From: an uncultured Chroococcidiopsis sp.
GTDB taxonomy: Bacteria > Cyanobacteriota > Cyanobacteriia > Cyanobacteriales > Chroococcidiopsidaceae
Direction of reading: 5' to 3'
Assembly: GCA_964248365.1 (NCBI GenBank)
Contig: CAXTYC010000009.1
Span: forward strand, 32,001 to 96,000
DNA length: 64,000 nucleotides
In this document: piece by piece, positions 40,810 to 50,571 of the stretch
How positions within the stretch are numbered: the first letter of the stretch is position 1
How the letters are laid out: each line of letters opens with the position of its first letter
Program-made: the position numbers and the translations under genes
Notes under the pieces: model-generated
Seen by the model: the letters and a program-made list of their open reading frames with translations, nothing else
Database searches by the model: none
Told to the model about the DNA's origin: nothing

Positions 40810-41535
40810 TCAGGGCCAAGATGTCTCGCGCATGGGTAAAACCATTACTTCCGGTATCACAGTTTCCACTGGTTGCATCAAAATGTAACGAATTGTGTCA
40901 GCAACGTGTTTGGGGTCTTGGAGATTATTGAGATCAATGTCTGGAAACCGTTCTAGTAAAAATGGTGTTCGCATTCCACCTGCTACCACAGCTGTCACTT
41001 TGATGTTGTGTGGACGGGCTTCTACGTGCAGGGCATGGCTAAAGCCCAAAAGCCCCCATTTACTAGCATGGTAAGCTGAAGCATTTGCCCAAGCTCGTTT
41101 AGCAGCAGTCGAGACGATATTGACAATGTTACCGCTTTGCTGCTGTTTCATATAGGGAAGTACGAACTTGGACATTACGAAAGGTCCGTTCAAGTTGACT
41201 GCGATAATTCGATTCCAGTCCTCGACGGTAAGCTCATCTACAGCTAAAGTCATGTCTACGCCAGCATTGTTGATCAGGATATCTATCTGACCATATTGAG
41301 AAATAATCTCATTTATAGCTTTCTCTACACTAGCTGCATCGCAAACATCCAGCTGCAACGCTTGGGCTTTACCACCTTCTGCTTGAATTTCTAGGGCAAC
41401 CTTTTGGGCAAGTTCTTCCCGAATATCAGCAACAATGGCGAAAGATCCCCCAGATCCCAACATTCGGCAAATCGCTTCCCCAAGCCCTCGACCTCCACCT
41501 GTAACAATCGCAACTTTTCCTGACAGTTCTTGCAT
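40810..41535 (-). CDS. Short-chain dehydrogenase/reductase
   Basis: TGGGRGLG, NNAG, YHASK. Confidence 0.95.
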   Translation of the reverse strand: MQELSGKVAIVTGGGRGLGEAICRMLGSGGSFAIVADIREELAQKVALEIQAEGGKAQALQLDVCDAASVEKAINEIISQYGQIDILINNAGVDMTLAVDELTVEDWNRIIAVNLNGPFVMSKFVLPYMKQQQSGNIVNIVSTAAKRAWANASAYHASKWGLLGFSHALHVEARPHNIKVTAVVAGGMRTPFLLERFPDIDLNNLQDPKHVADTIRYILMQPVETVIPEVMVLPMRETSWP

Positions 41536-41557
41536 AATTTTGTTTTCCTAAAAATTC

Positions 41558-43639
41558 TCACAATTTGACCGAGTGATCGAGTGATAGGGTGATGGGGTGA
41601 TGGTGTGATGGGCTATCTTCCCACCTCCTCACCTCCTCACCTTCCCACCTTTCTGAAAGACTGGCTGCCCCCTGCTGTGCCAAAAGTCGCTCCTCAACGA
41701 GTTCACACAGCAGGTGGATGACAAAAATTTGCACCTCTTGAATATGCTGCGGGTTGTTGGCTGGCACGATGATAGAAATGTCTGCTAGTTGGCGCAAATC
41801 TCCCCCATCCTTACCCAAGAGTGCAACGGTACGTAAACCTTGAGAACGGGCGGCAACAAATGCGTGCAGCAAGTTAGGAGAACGACCACTAGTACTAATG
41901 CCAACTAGGACATCTCCAGGGCGACCAAATGCTTCTACCTGTCGAGCAAATACATATTCGTAGCCTGTATCGTTAGCCCACGCTGTCAGTACTGCTGTAT
42001 CGGCAGTCAGCGCCAAAGCTGGTAAACTTTTTCGAGATGGGCTTTTGAAGCGTCCGACAAACTCAGCTGCCCAGTGCTGGGCATCAGCCGCGCTACCACC
42101 GTTGCCGCAGATTAGTAGCTTGCCATCCTTGCTAAAGCAAGTGTATAGGATTTGAGCCACATCGAGTATGGGCGTTTGGCACAGTTGCCGTGAGGCGTGG
42201 AGCGCCCCTAGTAAATTGTTGAAGCCTCGCTCAACAATGGCAAGATCTTGGTGGTAGCTCAGATATGATGAGCCGCTTTCCTCGATAGGATTTACTACAT
42301 GAGTTGACGCTAGGACTTGCTCATAAACAGAGGCGATCGCGCTACTAACTTTTTGCCATGTAAAAAGTTCATTTGCCCGTTCAATCGCTGCCGTTCCCAA
42401 GTCATTCAAAACTTGGGGATGTTGGTAGAGATAGGCAAGGCGATTTGCGATCGCCTCTGGATTATGTGGCGGTACTAGGTAGCCTGTTTTACCATCTTGT
42501 ACAGTGAATTTAATTCCCCCCACCTCTGAGCCAATCACTGGTGTACCGCAAGCCATTGCTTCTACAGGTGTAATCCCAAATGGTTCATACCAAGGTGTAG
42601 TAATAAACACATCGGCAGCACTGTAATACCATTTGAGTACATCTCTTCCACGCCGCCCTACAAATGTAACCATTTCGCTTATTTCTAACTGGTGGGCGAT
42701 CGCTTGCAGCCGACCAATTTCAGGACAAAGACTGGGGTTAGGCTCATCTGACTCACCGCCCACGATCAGTAGTCGGGTAGGGGGAACTGGGGAGGCTGGG
42801 GGAGCTGGGGGGGAAATTACCCGAGTCCCGAGTCCTGAGTCCTGAGTCCCTTTTTCTAGCTCCTTGCCTCTTGCCTCTTGCCTCTCGCCTTCTAACCCCT
42901 TCACAAAAGAGGCAAATCCATGAATAACTGTATCTACTCCTTTACGCTTAACCATGCGACCGAGTTGGAGGATTACTCGTTCTTCTGGATGAATACCTAA
43001 TGCTACCCGTGCTAGTGCTTTACCAATGGGACAAAATTGGTTAGTGTCAAAACCACCAGGAATGATCGTGATTTTTGCCGGATCTGCTTGATAAAAATTG
43101 CACAAGTCTTCTTTTTCTTGAGGACATTCAGCAATAATGCGATCGGCATTAGAGACAATGCGCTCTTCAATGGCGAACCGCTGTTCGGGGAATTGATCGG
43201 CATCACCTTGATGAAAGCGGCGGACACGACCTAGAGCATGAAAGGTGATAACAAAGGGAATGCCTTGACTACACTTAAGCTCAGCCGCCACCAAACCAGA
43301 CATCCAAAAGTTAGCATGGATCAAGTCATAGGTTTTACTTTGTTGCTGGCAAAATTGTTGGATGTAGGCGGTAAACTCTGGCATTAAGGGCAGCAGATCC
43401 TCCTTGCGTACATATTCAGGAGAACCTGCTGGTACATGAATGATGCGAACACCGTTCATCCATTGGGCTACTTCTGGCAGCAGTGTACTATCCCGACGAG
43501 TGAATACATCCACTTCGTAACCAATCGTCGCTAAGTTTTTAGCAATTTCTCCCACATAGACGTTTTGCCCCCCACCATCCACACCACCCAAAATTGCCAA
43601 CGGTGAAGCGTGTTCACTGATCAAGGCGATTCGTTTCAT
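41558..43639 (-). CDS. GT4 (MshA-like) glycosyltransferase fused to a GmhA-type SIS (phosphoheptose isomerase) domain
   Basis: EHASPL..GG.DGGGQNVYV, HANFWMSG, EPFG..PVEAMACG; C-terminal CGNGGSAADAQH, STSGRS, IQE..H. Confidence 0.92.
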   Translation of the reverse strand: MKRIALISEHASPLAILGGVDGGGQNVYVGEIAKNLATIGYEVDVFTRRDSTLLPEVAQWMNGVRIIHVPAGSPEYVRKEDLLPLMPEFTAYIQQFCQQQSKTYDLIHANFWMSGLVAAELKCSQGIPFVITFHALGRVRRFHQGDADQFPEQRFAIEERIVSNADRIIAECPQEKEDLCNFYQADPAKITIIPGGFDTNQFCPIGKALARVALGIHPEERVILQLGRMVKRKGVDTVIHGFASFVKGLEGERQEARGKELEKGTQDSGLGTRVISPPAPPASPVPPTRLLIVGGESDEPNPSLCPEIGRLQAIAHQLEISEMVTFVGRRGRDVLKWYYSAADVFITTPWYEPFGITPVEAMACGTPVIGSEVGGIKFTVQDGKTGYLVPPHNPEAIANRLAYLYQHPQVLNDLGTAAIERANELFTWQKVSSAIASVYEQVLASTHVVNPIEESGSSYLSYHQDLAIVERGFNNLLGALHASRQLCQTPILDVAQILYTCFSKDGKLLICGNGGSAADAQHWAAEFVGRFKSPSRKSLPALALTADTAVLTAWANDTGYEYVFARQVEAFGRPGDVLVGISTSGRSPNLLHAFVAARSQGLRTVALLGKDGGDLRQLADISIIVPANNPQHIQEVQIFVIHLLCELVEERLLAQQGAASLSERWEGEEVRRWEDSPSHHHPITLSLDHSVKL

Positions 43640-44751
43640 ATATTGCCTCCTGTTGATTTAGGGGCTAGGGGTTGGGGGCTAGGGGCTAGGGGATTTTGGA
43701 TTTTAGATTTTGGATTTTGGATTGGAATAACTCCCTCAGCTTCCCCATCTCCCTCAGCTCCCCCAGCTCCCCCAGCTCCCCCAGCTCCCACAGATCCCCC
43801 TACTCTAATTCCAGTAACCAAGCTAAATGCCTGATCCCAGTCACGGATAAATCGTTGAATGTTAAATCGCTCCCTAGCGTGACGACGAGCATTTGCACTC
43901 AAGCGATGCGCTTCATCTGGGTGATTGAGTAACTCCTGCATCCGTTCTACCAGTCGGTTGAGGTTCGTATCAACGTAGCCGGAGACACCATTTTCTACTA
44001 CTGTTACCATTTCTGTTGTTGCTAAAGCGATAATTGGCATTCCAATCATCATTGCTTCACATACAGCTAAACCTAGGCTGGTGTAGCGAATCGGATTGAA
44101 AAAGAAGCGATAGCGTGATTCAAAAGCACTCAGCTGATCGTGCTTGATTTCCCCAAGTCCTCCCATCATCTGTGATCCCATGCCAATTAGGTCAAGGGGA
44201 ATTTGACTTGCCACTCGTGTAAATACATCAGCCCCAAGGCGGCGACCTCTGGTATACAAACCATTGACTACTACCAAACCCTTATCCAGTTCACCTGTGT
44301 AATTGATATCTTCTGGCACAATTACCCCATGCTCAATCACACGGGTAGGGGTACGAAGGCTGTCCCACATCAAGTCATTAAAATCTGTAACGTGAACGAG
44401 CAGTATGTTAGAGTCATCTACCAAATGGCGTGTATCTGTGGGATGTTGGCGTGGTGGATCGTGTTCTAGATAGATGCGCGGAAGCTGCCGCTGAGATTCA
44501 CAGAGAATTTCGTATTGATCTTTTAAGTAGTTCTGCTGTGACTGAAATAGGATACAGTCAAACTCCAGCTTTTGTACCTCCAAAGCTGGTACGTCATGAA
44601 CGTTATCTGACCAAGGAAAGCCATGCAAGCGACCGCCATAGCCTGCGGGTTTGCCAGGTTTGACAGGGAGATAGAACTCATGGCGCGATTGCACCAGGTA
44701 GTACAGATAGCTACCGTGAATATGCCATGTCAGGATGCGTAATGGACGCAT
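43636..44751 (-). CDS. Glycosyltransferase family 4
   Basis: ILTWHIHGSY, NPIRYTSLGLAVCEAM; ATG 44751. Confidence 0.88.
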   Translation of the reverse strand: MRPLRILTWHIHGSYLYYLVQSRHEFYLPVKPGKPAGYGGRLHGFPWSDNVHDVPALEVQKLEFDCILFQSQQNYLKDQYEILCESQRQLPRIYLEHDPPRQHPTDTRHLVDDSNILLVHVTDFNDLMWDSLRTPTRVIEHGVIVPEDINYTGELDKGLVVVNGLYTRGRRLGADVFTRVASQIPLDLIGMGSQMMGGLGEIKHDQLSAFESRYRFFFNPIRYTSLGLAVCEAMMIGMPIIALATTEMVTVVENGVSGYVDTNLNRLVERMQELLNHPDEAHRLSANARRHARERFNIQRFIRDWDQAFSLVTGIRVGGSVGAGGAGGAGGAEGDGEAEGVIPIQNPKSKIQNPLAPSPQPLAPKSTGGNI

Positions 44752-44853
44752 GGATGTGAGGAAAGCACAATTATTGCTATCTATACTCCATGAGTTCGCC
44801 CTAAGAATGCATTGGACATTTGCCAAAGATCTTGGCGTTTTTGATGCTCAGTC

Positions 44854-44871
44854 ATTGTGCAAATGCACAAT
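44854..44871. promoter_or_regulatory. Candidate operator of the CdaR-type regulator
   Basis: Perfect palindrome ATTGTGC-aaat-GCACAAT ~100 bp upstream of the GT4 start and just downstream of the regulator gene. Confidence 0.6.
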
Positions 44872-45008
44872 AGAGATTATGTCGAACAGCAGGCAAATTA
44901 AATTGATGCGATCGCATCAATCTAAAGTCATCTCAGTGGGACAAGGGGGGAAATTACCGCAATACCTCTTTACCCTTTCCCTTTCCCTTTACCCTTTACC
45001 CTTTTTCC

Positions 45009-46361
45009 TTACAGACAGCGTAAAAGCAAGGCAAGACGGATCTGCATTGCATCGTCAAATCGACGTGGATCGAGTCCAGTCAGCCAGCTAATCTTGTCGA
45101 GCCGATAGCTAAGGGTATTGCGATGAATCGAAAGTCTGTTCGCTGTTGTAGATGGGCAGCAGTTTTCCCTAAAGAAAGCATCAAGAGTGGTAAGGAGGTC
45201 ACTTTCCTGATCGAGCGGGCTAAGTAAATGCTTTGCTAGATCGATTTTTGTGCTTTCATCAGCAATCCCAACAAAAGCGGCAATTCCTAATTCATCAAGG
45301 CAATGTACCTGGTTTGTGCCGTGAAAACGGCGACCAAGCAAGAGTGCAGCACGAGCATCTTGATATGATTTTGCTAAACCCTCTATTCTGGGGTGGTGGC
45401 GACCGATGCCAATGCTGATTGCTGCTTTAGTGTCGCAGCGTAGGCGCGTCAACAGCGCCCCCGAAGCCCGTTTCAAAGCACTCAAATTTGCCCATGATGG
45501 TATGGATTGGCTAGGGCTATCTTCACGCCCCGCCCACACAGCTAAGTCTTGAGTACTGCTTGCTTTTAGGACAGCTACTTCGCCATCACCAATGTAGGCA
45601 CAGATTGTGTCGTTGGGCAGATGGAAAAAGCTAACAATACTGTTAATAATACACTGCGCCCGTTGCCAGATCAATGTTTCGCTATTAAAAGATGCAATAT
45701 GTTGCGGCTCTAGGATATATTCTGCTGCGTCGATCAGAACTACGGCACGGGGACGGGTGAAGTCCATGCCCAAAAGTTGTCCTTGCCGCAGAATGTCTGA
45801 CGAAGCAAGTGTAGAACCACGAAGCAGATCGTGAATAAACTTGTTCTTGAGTTCGTGCTGGGAAGGTAATTGCGCCACAACTGCTGTTTGATTGACAAGC
45901 ATCTCTACCAGCATCTGTGCGAAACGGGGCGAAATGGTTTCACCTTGTTCACAAGGGGCAATCATCACTTCTCCAGAGTGACCGTTGCAGCGAATGGGTA
46001 CACGCAATGTGTGAGGGGCTAGAGGCTGGGGGTTAGGGGCTAGAGGATTTTGGATTTTAGATTCTGGATATTGGATTAAGAACTCTCCCTCAGCAACCCC
46101 AGCTCCCCCAGCTCCCCCAGATCCCATAGCGAACCCTGCTTTGATCGGCATTCCTTCTTGAAGGTAGTGGGTGCTGTGGGCGATCGCTACTCCTCGTTCA
46201 TCAACTACCAAAACTTGTGTACATAAGAGTTCAGCAATCCGCTCTGTGACAAATTGTGCTACTTGCTCAAATTTAGCCACACTTGGAACTGTCAGATCCC
46301 AATTGTCAGATTCCAATTGTTCTAACTTTTGATCCCTGGCTTCTATTTTTTGTCTAGTCAA
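45009..46361 (-). CDS. CdaR/PucR family transcriptional regulator
   Basis: Sugar-diacid-recognition-like N-terminus (VVDERGVAIA); GGDEF-like middle; HTH TANRLSIHRNTLSYRLDKI..LTGLD. Confidence 0.92.
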   Translation of the reverse strand: MTRQKIEARDQKLEQLESDNWDLTVPSVAKFEQVAQFVTERIAELLCTQVLVVDERGVAIAHSTHYLQEGMPIKAGFAMGSGGAGGAGVAEGEFLIQYPESKIQNPLAPNPQPLAPHTLRVPIRCNGHSGEVMIAPCEQGETISPRFAQMLVEMLVNQTAVVAQLPSQHELKNKFIHDLLRGSTLASSDILRQGQLLGMDFTRPRAVVLIDAAEYILEPQHIASFNSETLIWQRAQCIINSIVSFFHLPNDTICAYIGDGEVAVLKASSTQDLAVWAGREDSPSQSIPSWANLSALKRASGALLTRLRCDTKAAISIGIGRHHPRIEGLAKSYQDARAALLLGRRFHGTNQVHCLDELGIAAFVGIADESTKIDLAKHLLSPLDQESDLLTTLDAFFRENCCPSTTANRLSIHRNTLSYRLDKISWLTGLDPRRFDDAMQIRLALLLRCL

Positions 46362-46364
46362 TCC

Positions 46365-47444
46365 TTAGACCTCCCCTATACAACACACGAGGCTCTTTTG
46401 GTGCAGTAAGTCTTTGGCCCTTGCAATTACGGTTTCTGGACTAATACCCCCGCGATCGCAAACGATGCGATGGCGATCGCGGTCGAGCGGAGCCCATCGC
46501 ACTGGATCAGATTGTGTAAAAATTACGACGCTATTAACTTGCAAAGCAGCTGCTAGATGAGAAACTCCCGTATCGTTACATATTAGTAAACTTGCCTGTT
46601 TTAGCAACACAGCTAATGCACCCAAATTCGTCCGACCAGCCAAATTCAGACTAGGAGCTTTCATCAGTGATGCTACTGTTCGTGTTAGCTCAATTTCCTC
46701 AGCTGAGCCTGTGAGGACAACAGGTAATCCCATTGCTGCGATCGCATCCCCTACAGCGGCAAATCCTTCTGGTTGCCAACAACGAGCTGGGGTACTTGCC
46801 CCTGGATGAATACAAACATATCCCCCTTCCACCTGAACATCAATTTCCCTCAGTGCTATCTTATCCTCCTCATAGAGGGGAAACTCCAAATCAGTTCCCG
46901 CATCTGGAACTCCAAGGAACTCTAACAGGCGCAGGTAGCGGCGTACTTCCGATTCTTCAGTAATGTAGGGCAAAAAGCGGCTTTCATCTGGGCAATATTG
47001 CCCAGGTAGGAAAAAACCTGCATTGCAACGCGCCCCTAATAGCACTGTGATCGGATTTGTGATTGTACCATTCCCGTGCATCTGGATTGCCAGATCAAAT
47101 TGCTCGTTCTGGGCTTGTTGAATAAAGGCAACAATTTGTGCCAGCACGATTGGCTGTTCTGGTAAACCAGGATAACCAGGAAATTCTAACAGCCTATCTA
47201 TGTATCGGTCAAAACGTTTGATTAATGGTTTGATCGAAGCCAAACCAATTAGGACAATTTCTGCCTGGGGAAATGCTGTGCGTAAAGCTCGGAAGGCGGG
47301 GACAGTACATAGTATGTCCCCAAGCCCATTTAGCGCTCTGAAAAGCGCGATGCGCTTTGGGGGAGTGGTTCCTAATAGACATCCTCCCTGTTCTCCAGGT
47401 AGTTGACTATTGTAGAGCTGAGATTGTTTATATGTATGATTCAC
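46365..47444 (-). CDS. Glycosyltransferase family 9
   Basis: RALNGLGDILC, IHPGAS, CNDTGVSHLAAAL, RWAP. Confidence 0.92.
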   Translation of the reverse strand: MNHTYKQSQLYNSQLPGEQGGCLLGTTPPKRIALFRALNGLGDILCTVPAFRALRTAFPQAEIVLIGLASIKPLIKRFDRYIDRLLEFPGYPGLPEQPIVLAQIVAFIQQAQNEQFDLAIQMHGNGTITNPITVLLGARCNAGFFLPGQYCPDESRFLPYITEESEVRRYLRLLEFLGVPDAGTDLEFPLYEEDKIALREIDVQVEGGYVCIHPGASTPARCWQPEGFAAVGDAIAAMGLPVVLTGSAEEIELTRTVASLMKAPSLNLAGRTNLGALAVLLKQASLLICNDTGVSHLAAALQVNSVVIFTQSDPVRWAPLDRDRHRIVCDRGGISPETVIARAKDLLHQKSLVCCIGEV

Positions 47445-47650
47445 AAATTTCTTGCCAGCACAACGATAGCGTCTTGGGCTGCTTCCCTAAAGGTTAGGTA
47501 AGCTTAGATGCCGCCTTGCGTTAGGTGAATGTAAATTTATTTTGATTGCAACTCTAGGAATCAAAATAAAGTTAGCTGCTACTGTTTCTCCTGGCTTCTA
47601 CCATAAGAACGAGTTTTAAAACAGTTACCAGTTACCAGTATCCAGTATTT

Positions 47651-47727
47651 GTAGGGTGCGATCTTCGTTTAGCGTAACGCACGACTATTCAGGCTTAGGT
47701 GCGTTACGCTTAGCTAACACACCCTAC
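47651..47727. repeat. GTAG-type REP-like palindrome
   Basis: GTAGGGTG...AGCGTAACGCAC...GTGCGTTACGCT...CACCCTAC. Confidence 0.8.
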
Positions 47728-47807
47728 GTATTTGTTCAAAAATCAAATAGTAATCCTATATCTATGAAGCCAGGAAGACAAAGGGACAAGGGAAACAAAC
47801 AACACAA

Positions 47808-48491
47808 TTACGAATTACGAATTTCTTCTTGATATGCTTTGACTTGATGATCAATTCCAGTGATTGCCGCCCCGACGACAACAGCAAAGGCTCCCAAATC
47901 CAAGGCTTGACGAGCCATTTGGGGAGAGGAAATACCACCTTCACAAATAGCTGGAACTTCTAGATTTTTTACCATTTGGATGAGTAGTTCAAAGCCTGGA
48001 GGTTTCAAATGGTTGGTGCGAGCAGTATATCCGTAGAGAGTAGTTCCTACTAAATCAGCACCAGCAGCAGCAGCGGCATGGGCGGCCTCAAATGTATCTA
48101 CATCTGCCATGACTGGCTTGCCTAGTTCTTCATGAATGCGTGTAATTAGTGAGGTAACTGTTTCTCCCTCTGGACGGTTTCTCCCAGTGGCATCGATCGC
48201 AATAATATCCGCTCCAGAGTTGGCGATCGCACTTGCCTGATGAAACTGAGGAGTAATGTATACATCGATGCCTGGTAACTTTTGCTTCCATAACCCAATA
48301 ATCGGGGCTTTAACTTTTTGTCGTACTGCACTGATATGATCTGGGGTATCAATTCGTACTCCAACTGCCCCAGAATTGACAGATGCTTGTGCGATCGCCG
48401 CTATGACACCAGGCTCATGAAGTGGTGATTGAGCAGGAGCTTGACAGGACACAATTAGTCCACGAGATAGAGCTTGAATTACACTGTGCAT
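47808..48491 (-). CDS. nanE: N-acetylmannosamine-6-phosphate 2-epimerase
   Basis: LIVSCQA, PIIGLWK, YITP, GTTLYGYT, EGGI, VVGAAIT. Confidence 0.93.
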   Translation of the reverse strand: MHSVIQALSRGLIVSCQAPAQSPLHEPGVIAAIAQASVNSGAVGVRIDTPDHISAVRQKVKAPIIGLWKQKLPGIDVYITPQFHQASAIANSGADIIAIDATGRNRPEGETVTSLITRIHEELGKPVMADVDTFEAAHAAAAAGADLVGTTLYGYTARTNHLKPPGFELLIQMVKNLEVPAICEGGISSPQMARQALDLGAFAVVVGAAITGIDHQVKAYQEEIRNS

Positions 48492-48560
48492 TATCAGTTA
48501 CCAGTTACCAGTTATCAGTTACCAGTTACCAGTTATCAGTTATCAGTTACCAGTTACTAA

Positions 48561-50480
48561 TTATTCATAATTCTTAGGCAACCATACTGTAAAAATTGAG
48601 CCTACCCCTACAGTAGATTCGACTTCAATTCTACCTCGGTGGAGTTCTACTAGTTGTTTTGTTAGTGCTAAACCCAGTCCTGTACCTTCGTAGCGGCGAC
48701 GTAATGGTGTATCTAGCTGCTGGAATTTCTCAAATAATAGTGGTAACTGCTCCTGTGGAATGCCAATACCTGTATCTTCTACCTGCAAAAGAGCATTGTC
48801 TTTCTCGCTCCAAATCCGTAGAATTACCGTCCCTTCTTCTGGTGTAAATTTGATGGCATTACTTAAGAGATTCCAGAGTATTTGTCCAACCCGCCGAGGA
48901 TCTGCACTTAGGTGAAAAGCTGATTTCATTTTCAGATCAAGCGTTAAATTAACTCCTTGTCGTCTAGCTTTTTCTGAGAAAGAGCGTATACTAGCTTCGG
49001 CTAGTGCAGCTAGAGAAAAATCGCTAAGATTCAAGGCTGCCTTTCCCGCTTCTATTTGGGATAGATCCAAAATGTCGTTAATTAGCGACAACAATTGTTC
49101 TCCACTATTGTGGATTATTTGCAGGTACTGGCGTTGTCGTTGGGAGAGTTCACCTAAAGGCCAGCGCAACAGCGTTGCCGACATCCCAATTACACTAGTA
49201 AGAGGGGTGCGTAACTCATGGCTCATAGTGGAGAGAAATTCACTTTTAGCGCGGCTAGCCGCTTGTGCGGCAATTAAGGCATCGTGAAGGGCTTGGGTAC
49301 GCTCAACCACTCGTTGTTCAAGAGTTTGTTTTTCTTGCTTGAGCGAACACATTAACTCTGCTTGTTGAATAGCGATCGCTAGTTGTTCAGAAATAGAGCC
49401 AAGCAAATTTTTTTCGCTGTCGAGCCAAAGACGTGGTTTTGTACACTGATGAGCAATCAGTAATCCCCACAGTTTTTCCTGTAACACAATCGGAGCTATC
49501 ATAGTTGCCCGCACTTGCATCAATCTAAGAAAATCTAACAAGCAAGGCGATAGAATATAAGCTTTTTCAATATCAGAAACAGCGCAGGTAAAACCTCCAC
49601 GATACTTATCCCAACATTGAGAATTTCGGATAAAGCAGTTCTCTTCCTTGTAGTTCAAGACTGAAGGAATAGATTCTGTTGAACGGGCTTCATAAATAAC
49701 ACAACCTGTAATGACAGACGAGGCGTAATGGCGATCTGGGGGATATGGGGAAAGAGGTGAGGCGGGGGAAGAGGAGGCTTTTACCTCAAGCTCGCCTTTT
49801 GCCTGTCTTGTGTCTCCTATTTTCTCAAATTGATAAATAACTAATCGATCTACCTGCAAAAACTCTCGCACCTGCTCAACCACCGTCGCTATGATTACGG
49901 GTAAGTCTAGGCTTTGACGAATCTGAGTTGTTAGCTGATTTAGTAGTCGCTCCTGAGCGATTTGCTGGTATAGAGCGTTTTCTATTGGTTGGCAGACAGA
50001 AACATGGGGATAATCTGTTGTACGATCGCACTGGGGGTATGACTCTGATGCCAGAATAGAAAGTAACAACAGGGTAAATTTACTTTGCAACCTAGCGTCG
50101 TTAAGTTGAAGAGTTTGACAGTATTGATTGAGCGTTAATTCGGCTTGGGGATGAGCGGCGAACAAGTTGCTTAATTGGCGGATAAAAAGCGCGATCGCCT
50201 CTGGTTCAAATGTCAACCTCACGTTGAAAAGCGAGGGACTAGTCAAAAGATCTGGGGAGGCTGGGCTTCCAACTAACAACGCGCTAAACTGCTGGGACAC
50301 TACTAAAGTGAATTGTTCCAACTGTTCTGTAAGTATGGGAATTGGAGACAGTACAGCTTCTGTCAAAACGACGGCTTGTGTTCCCACTTCTTGAGCCATC
50401 TGCTGTAATAGCTGCCCTAGCCTGTCAAAGGTTGACGAGGGCAAAGTGCGATGAAAGCTCAAGTCTTGAAAAATAGACAT
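48561..50480 (-). CDS. cikA: CikA-like GAF sensor histidine kinase without receiver domain
   Basis: GAF (IRQSLDL, DRLVIYQF, LWGLLIAHQC); H-box SHELRTPL; NLLSNAIKFT, DTGIG, GTGLGL; CikA-like N-terminus. Confidence 0.75.
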   Translation of the reverse strand: MSIFQDLSFHRTLPSSTFDRLGQLLQQMAQEVGTQAVVLTEAVLSPIPILTEQLEQFTLVVSQQFSALLVGSPASPDLLTSPSLFNVRLTFEPEAIALFIRQLSNLFAAHPQAELTLNQYCQTLQLNDARLQSKFTLLLLSILASESYPQCDRTTDYPHVSVCQPIENALYQQIAQERLLNQLTTQIRQSLDLPVIIATVVEQVREFLQVDRLVIYQFEKIGDTRQAKGELEVKASSSPASPLSPYPPDRHYASSVITGCVIYEARSTESIPSVLNYKEENCFIRNSQCWDKYRGGFTCAVSDIEKAYILSPCLLDFLRLMQVRATMIAPIVLQEKLWGLLIAHQCTKPRLWLDSEKNLLGSISEQLAIAIQQAELMCSLKQEKQTLEQRVVERTQALHDALIAAQAASRAKSEFLSTMSHELRTPLTSVIGMSATLLRWPLGELSQRQRQYLQIIHNSGEQLLSLINDILDLSQIEAGKAALNLSDFSLAALAEASIRSFSEKARRQGVNLTLDLKMKSAFHLSADPRRVGQILWNLLSNAIKFTPEEGTVILRIWSEKDNALLQVEDTGIGIPQEQLPLLFEKFQQLDTPLRRRYEGTGLGLALTKQLVELHRGRIEVESTVGVGSIFTVWLPKNYE

Positions 50481-50571
50481 TTTCAACGGTTGAGAGAAAG
50501 AATCAGGATGCTAGGCTAAAAAAGTTTTCCCCCATAGCTTAACCAATAGTCTAAGCCGAAGAGAGAGTAAT

